DNA of 64,000 nucleotides from an uncultured virus (IMG/VR IMGVR_UViG_3300020182_000015) (IMGVR_UViG_3300020182_000015); one strand, 5' to 3'; positions 8,518 to 18,291 are shown, counted from the first letter of the stretch. A program made the numbers and translations. The notes: generated by a model not told the origin, from the letters alone.

Positions 8518-9441
8518 ATGTCATTCGCATCACTAAAACGTAATACCTCAAATATCACTAAACTAGTCGCGGCAGCCGAAGCTGTTGGTGGTGGCCAATC
8601 AAATAACAAATATACAGACGATCGTATTTGGAAACCAACAGTAGATAAAGCAAATAATGGATATGCTATTATCCGCTTTCTTCCGGCGGCTGAGGGTACA
8701 GACCTTCCGTGGGTTCGCTATTGGGATCATGGATTCAAGGGCCCGACAGGTAAATGGTATATTGAAAAATCTCTTACTTCAATTGGCCAAAACGATCCGG
8801 TAGGTGAACTCAATTCGCGTTTGTGGAATACTGGTTTAGAAGCGGATAAAGAAACTGCTCGTAAACAAAAGCGGCGGCTTCATTATGTATCAAACATCTA
8901 TGTTGTAAGTGATCCAGGCAATCCTGCCAATGAAGGCAAAGTATTTCTATATCAATATGGTAAAAAAATCTTTGATAAATTGATGGATGCTATGCAACCG
9001 GAATTTGATGATGAAGATCCAATTAATCCATTTGATTTTTGGACTGGCGCAAATTTCAAGCTTAAAATCCGTGATGTTGAAGGTTATCGTAATTACGATA
9101 AATCCGAATTTTCACGGCAAGAGCCATTGTCCCAAGATGATGATGAGCTAGAGGCAATTTATAATAAGATTCACGGCTTGGCTGAATTTACTGATCCGTC
9201 ATCATATAAAACTTATAATGAATTGAGTGCTAAACTTACATCAGTATTAGGAGAAGCTAATGCAACAATGGGTACACCGAGCTTAGCACAAGAAGCAAGT
9301 CTTGGTGAAGAAGCAACAGCGCCAACTTATAAAGCTGCTGCAGAAGAAACCATTAATGCAGCTGATATTTCACTAGATACAGTAACGTCAACAGAGGATG
9401 ATGACACTATGTCATATTTTTCAAAGTTGATGAGTGATTAA
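8518..9441 (+). CDS. 32: Single-stranded DNA-binding protein gp32
   Basis: DDRIWKP..DKANNGYAIIRFLP, HGFKGPTGKWYIE, YGKKIFDK, GANFKLK, NYDKSEF and acidic tail DDDTMSYFSKL. Confidence 0.97.
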   Translation: MSFASLKRNTSNITKLVAAAEAVGGGQSNNKYTDDRIWKPTVDKANNGYAIIRFLPAAEGTDLPWVRYWDHGFKGPTGKWYIEKSLTSIGQNDPVGELNSRLWNTGLEADKETARKQKRRLHYVSNIYVVSDPGNPANEGKVFLYQYGKKIFDKLMDAMQPEFDDEDPINPFDFWTGANFKLKIRDVEGYRNYDKSEFSRQEPLSQDDDELEAIYNKIHGLAEFTDPSSYKTYNELSAKLTSVLGEANATMGTPSLAQEASLGEEATAPTYKAAAEETINAADISLDTVTSTEDDDTMSYFSKLMSD

Positions 9442-11699
9442 ATGGGCACTACTTTATCGGATCTATCTATTGAGCTAGACCCTGATGCAGTAAGTGTTGT
9501 ATGACTAACACTAGTTGAACTATTATCAATATTATTTGGAACAGCAGGCATTATTACAGTAGTATTTGCCTGCTGTTTTACTTCATCAAAAGTTCCCTGG
9601 GCTTCTTGTAACCTTTGTGATAAATTGGTTTGATCATTTGAAAGATTTGCCGATATTTTTTGCTGGGCTACATTTATAATTATTTCATTAGAAGATATCA
9701 CAGGTTTAGTTATAGTTACTTTTTTTACTAATTCTTTTGCGGCAATGCCGGCCTTTTCATAGTCAGCTCTTTTAGCAACATCTTTAGAAGCTTCGTGTAT
9801 TAACAATGTTTTCTTTTTAGCCTGGTCGGCATCAAATTCATTTAATTTGGTTTGAACCGAATCTTTTTTGGCCTTTTCTATTTTTTCATTTTTTTCAACA
9901 TTTGGGTCTGTGCTATTTAAATCCCTAGCTAAAATAGCCGCATCAATACCGACTGATGCAGCTGTTCCTGGTCCCGGCAAAATTGCCGCTGTGCCAGATG
10001 CAATTTCCATTGCGGCGCCTGTGAAATCTCCTTGCATAACTTCACTTACTGCAAAAGCTAAAGCAGGTATAAGGCCAAGGCCAAATGGCAATTTTTTAGC
10101 GGCGGACTTTGCAGCTGCTTTTGCCACTTGTTTTGCGGCTATTTTTGATGCGGCTTTTGATGCGGCTTTTTCAGCCGCTGCTAGAGATGCTTTTGCAGTT
10201 TTTCCGGCATTTATTTGAGCGGCAGTTGCTGCAGCTTTTTCAGTCGCTTCTTTAATTAATTGTTGTCTTATTGCTTTATTTAAAGCCGCTTTAGGCGTAG
10301 GTTTTACATTTAAATTAGCTGGCGGGTTTGATTTAGGCGCAGTAGGCGCAGTAGGCGCTGATTTAGGCGCAGTAGATGAATTAGCCGGTATAGCTGGTGG
10401 TGATAATTTCGGTGCAGTAGGCGCTGGTGGTGATAATTTCGGTGCAGTAGGCGCTGTAGGTGCTGATTTCGGTGCAGTAGGCGCTGTAGGTGCTGATTTC
10501 GGTGCAGTAGGCGCTGATTTAGGCGCAGTGGATGAATTAGGCGCAGTGGATGAATTAGGCGGTATAGCTGGTGGTGATAATTTCGGTGCAGTAGGCGCTG
10601 ATTTAGGCGCAGTAGGCGCTGTAGGCGCTGATTTAGGCGCAGTGGATGAATTAGGCGCTGTAGGTGCTGATTTCGGTGCAGTAGGCGCTGATTTAGGCGC
10701 AGTGGATGAATTAGGCGCAGTGGATGAATTAGGCGGTATAGCTGGTGGTGATAATTTTGGTGCAGTAGATGCTGATTTAGGTACATTTGGAATACTAGTG
10801 GGTCTTACTTTTGGGGGTGACCCAATCTTTGCTTTTGGTGCAGTAGGTTTTTTAAACATTTTTCTAATTTTATTAAGTGCACCTAAGCCAACCCCTAAGC
10901 CGGCCCCTTTTAATAGCCAACCACCTAGCTTCCTAAATAATCCCTCTCCGCTTTTGCCAGCATTTTCGTCTTTATCGTCTTCATTATTTTGATTATTACC
11001 AAGGGCAGAAGCAAATAAACCGCGATTGACTATTTTTTTAGCTTCGCGCTGATCTTCGAGATTGTCTAAATTCTTTAGTTTTTTGGCCTTAATATAATCG
11101 GCAATAGTTTTATTTAAAGTAACTAATTCATTTAATATATCTTTTTGAATGTCTATATTATTTTCTGTTAATAGAACAAGAGTTTTTACACTTTTTGATT
11201 GGAATGCATTGCCAACAGCAGTAAATGGCATTTTTAATGCACCTTTTATTGCTGTCTTAGCTTTATCAAGACCACCGCCTAGCATTTGACCTGGAATAGT
11301 TGCTATATTTTTAGCGCTATTAATAATGCCGCCCAATGCGCGACGAGGAGCTCCTAAAATATTAGCAGTTACTGCAGCACCTCTGGTTATTGGGTTATTT
11401 GCAAATTGTTCTTTAATACGATTACCAAAAGACATCTTGCCAGATATACCACTCTTTTTTATATCCGTAAGAAGTGCGTTCGAAAGAGTGGCAGCTTTAA
11501 TAAGTTCTTCTTGTTTATCTATGAATAAATCAAATTGTGATGTTAAAGAATAAAGAGATTGATTTGATGAAATACTATTATTAGTTTGTGAAGTATTTGC
11601 GGCTAGTATGGAAATGCTTTCGGCCAGGCTTGCAAGATCTATTTGCAAGTCTCCATTCTCAGCTGAGAGCCGGGCATTAATATTTGCTAACGTAGCCAT
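9438..11699 (-). CDS. Tape-measure-like tail protein (gp29 position) with Pro/Ala/Ser/Thr repeat insert
   Basis: Downstream of gp26/gp51; Ala-rich helical, with hydrophobic KKLPFGLGL...GDFTGAAMEIASG...PGPGTAASVGIDAAILARD segment. Confidence 0.6.
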   Translation of the reverse strand: MATLANINARLSAENGDLQIDLASLAESISILAANTSQTNNSISSNQSLYSLTSQFDLFIDKQEELIKAATLSNALLTDIKKSGISGKMSFGNRIKEQFANNPITRGAAVTANILGAPRRALGGIINSAKNIATIPGQMLGGGLDKAKTAIKGALKMPFTAVGNAFQSKSVKTLVLLTENNIDIQKDILNELVTLNKTIADYIKAKKLKNLDNLEDQREAKKIVNRGLFASALGNNQNNEDDKDENAGKSGEGLFRKLGGWLLKGAGLGVGLGALNKIRKMFKKPTAPKAKIGSPPKVRPTSIPNVPKSASTAPKLSPPAIPPNSSTAPNSSTAPKSAPTAPKSAPTAPNSSTAPKSAPTAPTAPKSAPTAPKLSPPAIPPNSSTAPNSSTAPKSAPTAPKSAPTAPTAPKSAPTAPTAPKLSPPAPTAPKLSPPAIPANSSTAPKSAPTAPTAPKSNPPANLNVKPTPKAALNKAIRQQLIKEATEKAAATAAQINAGKTAKASLAAAEKAASKAASKIAAKQVAKAAAKSAAKKLPFGLGLIPALAFAVSEVMQGDFTGAAMEIASGTAAILPGPGTAASVGIDAAILARDLNSTDPNVEKNEKIEKAKKDSVQTKLNEFDADQAKKKTLLIHEASKDVAKRADYEKAGIAAKELVKKVTITKPVISSNEIIINVAQQKISANLSNDQTNLSQRLQEAQGTFDEVKQQANTTVIMPAVPNNIDNSSTSVSHTTLTASGSSSIDRSDKVVPI
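10310..10790 (-). repeat. Coding tandem repeat array (APKSAPT / APNSST / APKLSPPAIPPNSST)
   Basis: 9-, 18- and 21-nt units; 10501-10583 recurs identically at 10675-10757. Confidence 0.92.
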
Positions 11700-11881
11700 T
11701 ACATTTTCCTCTTAATTTTCTCTGCTTGTTCTTCTAAGTGTTGTATTAATAAAGCCACATAAATTTCTCGTTCCCAGGGCATCATATTCTCCAACTCATG
11801 TAGAGAATAATTATGATGTTGCATTAACCCAAAGTTGGTCTTATAATGATTATATAATGAATCATTACTCGACCATATTAA
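11699..11881 (-). CDS. 51: Baseplate hub assembly protein gp51-like reading frame (not in ORF track; first ATG at 11824)
   Basis: Manual translation LIWSSNDSLYNHYKTNFGLMQHHNYSLHELENMMPWEREIYVALLIQHLEEQAEKIKRKM*; stop overlaps the next ATG. Confidence 0.85.
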   Translation of the reverse strand, partial: LIWSSNDSLYNHYKTNFGLMQHHNYSLHELENMMPWEREIYVALLIQHLEEQAEKIKRKM

Positions 11882-12588
11882 AAAAAATCGGTAAGATTCC
11901 GGATAAGTATTTCACTAGTATGTTTACAATTTTCACATGTATGGGTATGCCTTTTTTCTAAAACCGGCATTTTTTCAATATAAGATTTTATAAGATCGAA
12001 TTGTGTGCTAGTCATAGATCCTAAAAAGTTAATAATTTCTTCTCTAGTCTCATCTTTAAATAATATTTTTTCTTCTTCCGTTTCAAGTGAGACTAAACAG
12101 TCCGCCATTAATTCAATTGTCTGAATAGTTTCGGATTCGGTTGTCATAAGTAAAGAATTTTCAATTGTTTTAATATACGTTGGCCATTGCAATTCAACAC
12201 AAATATCTTTGGTAATATTAATTTTATTTGATATTTCTGGTATAGTTACATTTACATCGTCAATAGTCATGTTTACTTCATTTTGGTGTTCGCATTCGAC
12301 GCATGTTACAATAATATCTACCGATTCTCCAACAGATTTGGCTCTAATTTTTGTAAAAATATATTCAATATCAAATAATTTTAATTTATCTATATCAAGA
12401 TCTTCTTGTATGCATGCACGTAACGTATCAACAACAGCATTCAACGCCGCATTTTGATCTTGGGATTCAAACGCCAACATTAGAACTTTTTCTTCTTTTA
12501 CAAGATATGGTCTAAATTTAACTGTTTGGTTAGTTGACGGAATTGTTAATTCATATTTTGGGATATCATTCAGTTTAGGCAATGCCAT
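11878..12588 (-). CDS. 26: Baseplate hub assembly protein gp26-like
   Basis: MALPKL..PKYELTIPS...VKFRPYLVKEEKVL, FDIEYIFTKIRAKSVGE, two CxxC pairs, C-terminal LTDFF. Confidence 0.9.
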   Translation of the reverse strand: MALPKLNDIPKYELTIPSTNQTVKFRPYLVKEEKVLMLAFESQDQNAALNAVVDTLRACIQEDLDIDKLKLFDIEYIFTKIRAKSVGESVDIIVTCVECEHQNEVNMTIDDVNVTIPEISNKINITKDICVELQWPTYIKTIENSLLMTTESETIQTIELMADCLVSLETEEEKILFKDETREEIINFLGSMTSTQFDLIKSYIEKMPVLEKRHTHTCENCKHTSEILIRNLTDFF

Positions 12589-13118
12589 TATAAGGGGCTC
12601 CAGTTATAGTAAGACAATTGGACATTTAATTCTACTAGTCCGTTAGTCGTTTCATTATTAAATTCATTAGCATTCATTGTTGTAGGATATGCGCCTTCTA
12701 ATCGCACACTATAAGGGCTTATCATTCCATTAGATTCGGTTTTTTGTTGTGCGCGTAAAATAACATCTTTTTGATAATTTGTTTTATATGATATTTCGTA
12801 GGTCGTTTGGTTAACAATTAAATTCATCCAAAGATCAAAATATTTTCGTATTGCATAATCATTTGTAATATTAAACGATAAAGATATATCATCTTGCATA
12901 AATGTGTATGGAACTTTTTCTGCTTTAGGACCAATATATCGTTCAGCAGTAGCAATTTGTCTACCCGGAAGATTCATAGCCTTACACGTAATATTTTTTT
13001 CATTAAGTGTTAAATTGGAACCAGCTATTGCCGGAAGTTCAATTGAATAAAGATTGGGCATGGCTAAACCGCCCCTGCCACCAATAGTAGATAAAAAATC
13101 ATCTATTCTAAAAGTCAT
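12588..13118 (-). CDS. Tail tube initiator, gp54/gp19-like fold
   Basis: GGLAMPNLY, CKAMNLPGR, RKYFDLWMNLI, AYPT..., VQLSY; ATG 13118 overlaps the gp2 stop. Confidence 0.75.
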   Translation of the reverse strand: MTFRIDDFLSTIGGRGGLAMPNLYSIELPAIAGSNLTLNEKNITCKAMNLPGRQIATAERYIGPKAEKVPYTFMQDDISLSFNITNDYAIRKYFDLWMNLIVNQTTYEISYKTNYQKDVILRAQQKTESNGMISPYSVRLEGAYPTTMNANEFNNETTNGLVELNVQLSYYNWSPL

Positions 13119-13705
13119 TAGCTTATAGCCTTTCGTGATTCCGCATAGACAGTAGATTTGCTTGCTTTTTGGAAATCCGCGGTCGGTAAAAAGGTGGCAA
13201 TTTCCCATTCGGGTGGTGGCACATAAGCAAAGCGGCTACGAGTATGTGCTGTTAAATATCTTTTAAAGCATGGCTTAAAATATTTTAAAGAAGTTGCTTT
13301 TTGCAGCATATCATACTTTACTTTAAATTTAGTAGTTTCGTCATATTTTGAATTATTTGTAATTTCTACTAATCCATCAAGCATTTTGGCTCTAAGTACA
13401 GGTGGAAGATAATGTAAATTTAACCCAGTAAATCCGCCCGGAGCTTTTCCTACAATAATAGTTAAAGGGAAAGAATCATAATATGGAAGAGTATCTTTTG
13501 TTTTAGGATCATAAAAGAACATAAACATATTACCCACAATAGGTTTATTACCTAATTCGAGGGTTTCATCTTTCAAAAGAGCAGAACGATTTATATTACG
13601 CATGCTCTGCGCTTTTTTGCGAAACCACGCAATTGATTCTTTTGTTCGTGGAGTTATCCCGGCTTTGAATGCTTCTAACTCTAATTTATTAAATATATCT
13701 GTCAT
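13118..13705 (-). CDS. 2: DNA end protector protein gp2
   Basis: GNMFMFFYDPKTKDTLPYYDSFPL, GLNLHYLPP, CFKRYL, EWEIATFLPTADF. Confidence 0.93.
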   Translation of the reverse strand: MTDIFNKLELEAFKAGITPRTKESIAWFRKKAQSMRNINRSALLKDETLELGNKPIVGNMFMFFYDPKTKDTLPYYDSFPLTIIVGKAPGGFTGLNLHYLPPVLRAKMLDGLVEITNNSKYDETTKFKVKYDMLQKATSLKYFKPCFKRYLTAHTRSRFAYVPPPEWEIATFLPTADFQKASKSTVYAESRKAIS

Positions 13706-13710
13706 AATAC

Positions 13711-13718
13711 TATTTATA
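13711..13718 (-). promoter_or_regulatory. T4-type late promoter
   Basis: TATAAATA on the minus strand, only 5 nt before the gp2 ATG. Confidence 0.7.
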
Positions 13719-13757
13719 ATAATATTTTAAATTTATTTTGAAAATTTTGCTTAAGAA

Positions 13758-14255
13758 TTATAGCTTTTTTTTCTTTTTTGTCATAGGCTTCAAAGGTTTT
13801 AGTGGTTTCATTTTAGGCATAATACCCATTTCATTTAATGTATTTTCTGTCCAAATAACAAAATTCCAACCCCTATCTTTAGCATAATTATTTGCAGCTT
13901 TCCATTTGTTAACATTCTTAACATAGGTTAGCCCCTCTTGCAAATATTGTTTAGTTTTACGTCCAGGATTTTTTGGTGGGTGGGTTTCTTTTTCTGGTTT
14001 AATTTCTACTAATAAAGTTTTGTTGTCCACAAAGGTTATTTTTAAATCAACATAATATCTATGATATTTTTTATCAACATCATAAAAATATGGCACTACA
14101 ACTTCTTCTGAGCTCCAAGATTTGACATTACTATTTTGATCGCACCATTTGAAGCAATGGCGCTCCCATAAGGACCGATACACTATAGCAGTATAATCAC
14201 CGCCATATTTATTAGGATTTTTTGGAACAAATTTGCCCGAATATGTTTTTTTCAT
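13758..14255 (-). CDS. 4: Head completion nuclease gp4
   Basis: YSGKFVPKNPNKYGGD, YRSLWE, WSSEE, HRYYVD, VEIKP, NKWKAA, WTE; start reassigned to ATG 14255. Confidence 0.93.
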   Translation of the reverse strand: MKKTYSGKFVPKNPNKYGGDYTAIVYRSLWERHCFKWCDQNSNVKSWSSEEVVVPYFYDVDKKYHRYYVDLKITFVDNKTLLVEIKPEKETHPPKNPGRKTKQYLQEGLTYVKNVNKWKAANNYAKDRGWNFVIWTENTLNEMGIMPKMKPLKPLKPMTKKKKKL

Positions 14256-14260
14256 TTTTA

Positions 14261-14268
14261 TATAAATA
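14261..14268 (+). promoter_or_regulatory. T4-type late promoter for the baseplate operon
   Basis: TATAAATA upstream of gp48; a possible AATAAATA variant on the minus strand at 14303-14310 could serve gp4. Confidence 0.8.
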
Positions 14269-14320
14269 AATACTAGTAAGATGTTTTCATTGACTCTACC
14301 TCTATTTATTGGATAATTAA

Positions 14321-15247
14321 ATGGCCGAATCTCAAAAATTACAGTTTCCTCTAGAGCGCACGGATAAGTATAAAGCAAAGATTATTTTTTCAGTCTCAGT
14401 AACTAATCCACCTAGCGTAAGCAATGGCGATCCGCGCGGCCGAAACTTAGATGGGCAAGTAGATATAACACAACTTGGAATTGGTGGTTCGCAAGAATCC
14501 GGTAGTGCTGTGTCACAAAATACAAATGGAAATCAAAGTATCAATGTTGGAAAAAAGGTAGTATTATATATGCCACCTTCTTTACAAATTAATGATGGAG
14601 TAGATATTGGTCCAGTTGATCTTATGGCATTTGGTGCTGGAATTAATAAAGCGTTAGGAGCAGTGGGTGGGGCCAGTACTTTGGCGGCATTATTTGATGC
14701 TGGTAAACAAGAAGCAAGTGATATGCTTACTGCTATCAGTGGTAATGCTTCTCAAGATATGGCGAGGGCGTTAATTGCCCGGTACTCTACCAAATTTTTA
14801 AGTGAAGGAGTTGCTGGCGCTGTTACATCAGCATTACAAACTACTCCAAATCCAAATACTAGAGCAATTTTTAGATCTGTAAATATGCGGGAATTTAGCT
14901 TTATTTTTAAATTGCAACCAACAACACAAGATGAAAGCGATGCGATTACAAATATTATAAAGTTTTTTAGAACAGAGCTTTATCCAGAGACTATAAAAGA
15001 AGCATCGACAGGACTACCTGTCGCATATAGATTCCCAAATAAATTTGATATTAAGTTGGTATATGGCTCTAGCGAAAACCGCTTAGCAACTAAGATTAAA
15101 AAATCTCATTTAAAAAGCTTTAGTGCAACATATAATCCTAGCAGCATGTCCTTTTTAGACGGGGGCAAATTTTCGGAAGTAGATATTTCTATGACATTTA
15201 TGGAAGAAGCCACACTCACTAAAGACGATATTTTGGGAGGTTACTAA
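14321..15247 (+). CDS. 48: Baseplate tail tube cap gp48
   Basis: LQFP, LYMP, NPNTRAIFRSVNMREFSFIFKLQP..QDES..I..IIKFFR, YRFP..F, MTFME. Confidence 0.85.
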   Translation: MAESQKLQFPLERTDKYKAKIIFSVSVTNPPSVSNGDPRGRNLDGQVDITQLGIGGSQESGSAVSQNTNGNQSINVGKKVVLYMPPSLQINDGVDIGPVDLMAFGAGINKALGAVGGASTLAALFDAGKQEASDMLTAISGNASQDMARALIARYSTKFLSEGVAGAVTSALQTTPNPNTRAIFRSVNMREFSFIFKLQPTTQDESDAITNIIKFFRTELYPETIKEASTGLPVAYRFPNKFDIKLVYGSSENRLATKIKKSHLKSFSATYNPSSMSFLDGGKFSEVDISMTFMEEATLTKDDILGGY

Positions 15248-15981
15248 TGTCATATTTTTCTACTTTTCCGCGGGTTCCATATTATTTTGGTGATGAGATT
15301 ACTCCATCAAGTATACAAAATTTGTCTGCATATACTGATGTGGTTGATAAATTAAAAGATGCAGCGGGTTCATATATAAAATATACTATTTTAGAAGGTG
15401 ATAGACCAGATAATGTTTCGCAAAAATTATATAATAATGATAATTTTTATTGGACGTTTTTTTTGCTTAATGATCATTTAAGACGACAAGGTTGGCCACT
15501 TACTAATGCAGAGCTTTTAAAAAAAGCTAAAGATATATATCCAAATACAACGGTAGTAATACGAGATGTATTAATAGCTGGAATGAATGAGCAATTAACC
15601 GTTGGAACAACAATTCGAGGTATGACGTCCGGAGTTTCTGGGCAAATTATAAAAAGAAATTTAGATTTGAATCAGCTTGTTATTGGCGGTGAAAAAGCAT
15701 TTTCTCAAGGAGAATTGTTGTCATATGTTTATAATGGTATTACGCAATCTATTGCAATGGATTCATTTGCAAGAGAACATTTAAGTGCGCATCATTATGA
15801 ATATAATAATAGTACAGTGGATATAGATCCAGCAATCGGCCCAGGTGCATTGTTAACAGAAATAACACATTTTGACCGTCTTAATACAGAAAATGAAAAA
15901 TTAAAAATAATTAAAGTGATTAAACCAGATACTATTCAATTTGTAGATTCTATATTTAAAACTTCGATGGCGGGCCGTTAA
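15247..15981 (+). CDS. 53: Baseplate wedge protein gp53
   Basis: MSYFSTFP, YTILEGDRPDNVSQKLY....YWTFFLLN....WP, HHYE, NEKLKIIKVIKP. Confidence 0.9.
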   Translation: MSYFSTFPRVPYYFGDEITPSSIQNLSAYTDVVDKLKDAAGSYIKYTILEGDRPDNVSQKLYNNDNFYWTFFLLNDHLRRQGWPLTNAELLKKAKDIYPNTTVVIRDVLIAGMNEQLTVGTTIRGMTSGVSGQIIKRNLDLNQLVIGGEKAFSQGELLSYVYNGITQSIAMDSFAREHLSAHHYEYNNSTVDIDPAIGPGALLTEITHFDRLNTENEKLKIIKVIKPDTIQFVDSIFKTSMAGR

Positions 15982-15982
15982 T

Positions 15983-17389
15983 ATGTCGGCAAAAAATCCA
16001 CATGATTATTATTTTAAAAAAATAGAAATTCAATCTGAAAGATTTGATACTGGTGTTGTGGCCTCAATAGAAGCTTGGGACATTACATATATGACGTTGC
16101 AATTGGATATTTTTGAACATATTGATAAGCCATATTTAACCGCTTCATTATTGTTTATGGATAATAGCAATCTTAGTAGCGAAATGAATTTACTTGGTAC
16201 TGAAAGAGTTACAGTTACAGTTAGTACAACAGAAAATGCAAACGCAAATGCAATTACAAAAGTGTTTAGAATCAGTGAAATTACTCTTTCAAAAAAATCG
16301 AATGATGAAACCGAGCTACATGCAATACATTTGGTTGAAGAGCATGCATATTTGTCGTCCATAAATAGTATTGACGGTGGTTATGAAGATGAACCATTTA
16401 AAATTATTGAAAAAATAATGAATAATGAGCTTAATCGAGAAATAAAAATTGGCAAAAATGCTGAGCCGTTTATTGCAGAAAAAATGAAAATTGTTGCGCC
16501 CGGAACACCGGCATTAAAAGTTTGTAATTGGATAAAAGATAGATGTAATACTGAAACGGGTTCTCCCTTTTATATGTGGTCGAGTCTTGCCGATGATATT
16601 ATACGATTTGTTGATTTGGAAAATTTATTAAATACCCCCGCGCAAAATGCAGGCCCTGGGAATGAATATTGGTATTCTCAGGCAATGATTACTGACGCTA
16701 CTCAAAATAAAGATATTTTTGAGCAGGGGAGGGCGATTACAAGTTATGAAACCTTGAATAGTGAAAATCATTTGTATTTTGCAATTAAGGGGTTAGTTAA
16801 TTCTCAATGGGATTTTTATGATCCACTTACCGGAAAAAATACTCCTATAGATTTTAAAATGAAAGAAAAATACCAAGATTTACTTTCTCGAAATATTTTA
16901 CCCGAGGCAGAGTCAACTTTTTTATTAGATAATGAAACAAAAATTAATAATAAAATTATTAGTGATCATGCAGCTACGGATTTTTTTCAACTTGCGCCGT
17001 CTCAAATGCATTTTGAAAAAAATTCACCGTTTCGGGTAAATTATTATGAAGAGCCTAACCCAACAATGCATAAATTAAAAGTAATAGGAAAAGCTTTAAG
17101 AGAATGGATTTTAAAACCTCAAATGTCAGTAACCATTGCTGGTTTACATTTTTTACGAAAAGGCGCGAATTTAACAATTGGGAATAAAATTGTTATTAAA
17201 TTTTTGCGAAATAATGATGATAGAGAATATATTAATAAAAATTATCAGCTTTTTGATACTAAGCGATCCGGCGAATATTTAATATACGCTACACGGCATA
17301 CTTTTTCAGATGAAGAGTACAGAGTCAATCATACATTAGGCAAATTAAGCACTTACGGAAACATTCTAAGTCAAACGGTGGAATTTTGA
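15983..17389 (+). CDS. Baseplate hub protein, gp27-like
   Basis: Position between gp53 and gp5; IFEHIDKPYLTA, PFYMW, SGEYLIYATRHTF. Confidence 0.65.
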   Translation: MSAKNPHDYYFKKIEIQSERFDTGVVASIEAWDITYMTLQLDIFEHIDKPYLTASLLFMDNSNLSSEMNLLGTERVTVTVSTTENANANAITKVFRISEITLSKKSNDETELHAIHLVEEHAYLSSINSIDGGYEDEPFKIIEKIMNNELNREIKIGKNAEPFIAEKMKIVAPGTPALKVCNWIKDRCNTETGSPFYMWSSLADDIIRFVDLENLLNTPAQNAGPGNEYWYSQAMITDATQNKDIFEQGRAITSYETLNSENHLYFAIKGLVNSQWDFYDPLTGKNTPIDFKMKEKYQDLLSRNILPEAESTFLLDNETKINNKIISDHAATDFFQLAPSQMHFEKNSPFRVNYYEEPNPTMHKLKVIGKALREWILKPQMSVTIAGLHFLRKGANLTIGNKIVIKFLRNNDDREYINKNYQLFDTKRSGEYLIYATRHTFSDEEYRVNHTLGKLSTYGNILSQTVEF

Positions 17390-18291
17390 AAACTATATCT
17401 GATCAGCTTGGTGGAGCAAGTGCAAATTGGTTTTTTGGGAAAATTGTCGATAACGATGATCCTCTTGAAATTGGCCGATTTAAAGTTAGAATTCATGGAT
17501 TGCATACTAATAATTCGGCTAAAGTTCCGAATGAGTATCTGCCATGGGCACAGTGTGTAATGCCAGCAAACTCAAGCGGTATTTCTGGTTTAGGCGATAT
17601 GCCAAGAATGCTGCCCGGCGCTCAAGTATTTGGTTTCTTTTTAGATGGAGAAGCATCGCAAATTCCTCTTATATTGGGGCCGGTGCTAACAATAGAGTCT
17701 CCTTCCGAAATACAAGCAGCTGCTGAAGCAGCATTGCCGGCTCAAACCCAAACAAGTTCTCCGATTAGCTCACCAGCTAGTTCACCATCTCTACTTGGCA
17801 ACCAAACAACACAATCAGATACCGAAATAGATGAGAATTTAGTTGGTAATAATAATTCAGAAAAAATATTTAATTACTTTGTTAACGCCGGTTATTCACC
17901 AGCACAGTCTGCCGGCATAGTTGGTAACTTTTATGCAGAATCGGCTTTAAATCCTAAAGCATATAATCCTAATGATGTAGGGATGCCGGCCGAAGGATTG
18001 GCTCAATGGCGAGCAGGAAGACTTACGGACTTAAAAGAATTTGCTCGACAAAAAGGTAGTGATCATAGAGCCCTTAATACGCAATTAGCATTTACTTTGC
18101 ATGAATTGCAGGGAAAAGAAAGAAGCGCAAATAATCGTCTGTTAAATGCTAAAACGGCAAAAGAAGCGGCATATACTGTCTCGAGATATTATGAGAGACC
18201 TGCAAATAAAATAGTTAATGGAGTGTATACCTCGCCATCATTGCAAAAAAGAATTAATTTTGCTGAAGAGACATTGAGGAGTTACGGATAA
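17386..18291 (+). CDS. 5: gp5 N-terminal OB-fold domain fused to a phage tail lysozyme domain
   Basis: WFFGKIVDNDDPLEIGRFKVRIHGLH...LPWA...VFGFFLDG..SQIPLILG; C-terminal AGIVGNFYAES, GLAQW..GR, QLAFTLHEL, YERP; TTG start. Confidence 0.85.
   Translation: MKTISDQLGGASANWFFGKIVDNDDPLEIGRFKVRIHGLHTNNSAKVPNEYLPWAQCVMPANSSGISGLGDMPRMLPGAQVFGFFLDGEASQIPLILGPVLTIESPSEIQAAAEAALPAQTQTSSPISSPASSPSLLGNQTTQSDTEIDENLVGNNNSEKIFNYFVNAGYSPAQSAGIVGNFYAESALNPKAYNPNDVGMPAEGLAQWRAGRLTDLKEFARQKGSDHRALNTQLAFTLHELQGKERSANNRLLNAKTAKEAAYTVSRYYERPANKIVNGVYTSPSLQKRINFAEETLRSYG

Noticed and set aside
10310..10992. Track ORFs 10310-10786 (-) and 10528-10992 (+), and the possibility of a CRISPR array
   Set aside because: Alternate-frame shadows of the coding repeat; units are codon multiples with no unique spacers
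13758..14378. Long N-terminal extensions in track ORFs (gp4, 12588-13208, 2259, 2922, 3389, 38169, 38869)
   Set aside because: They overlap neighbouring genes or promoters; downstream ATGs fit the motifs and translational coupling better
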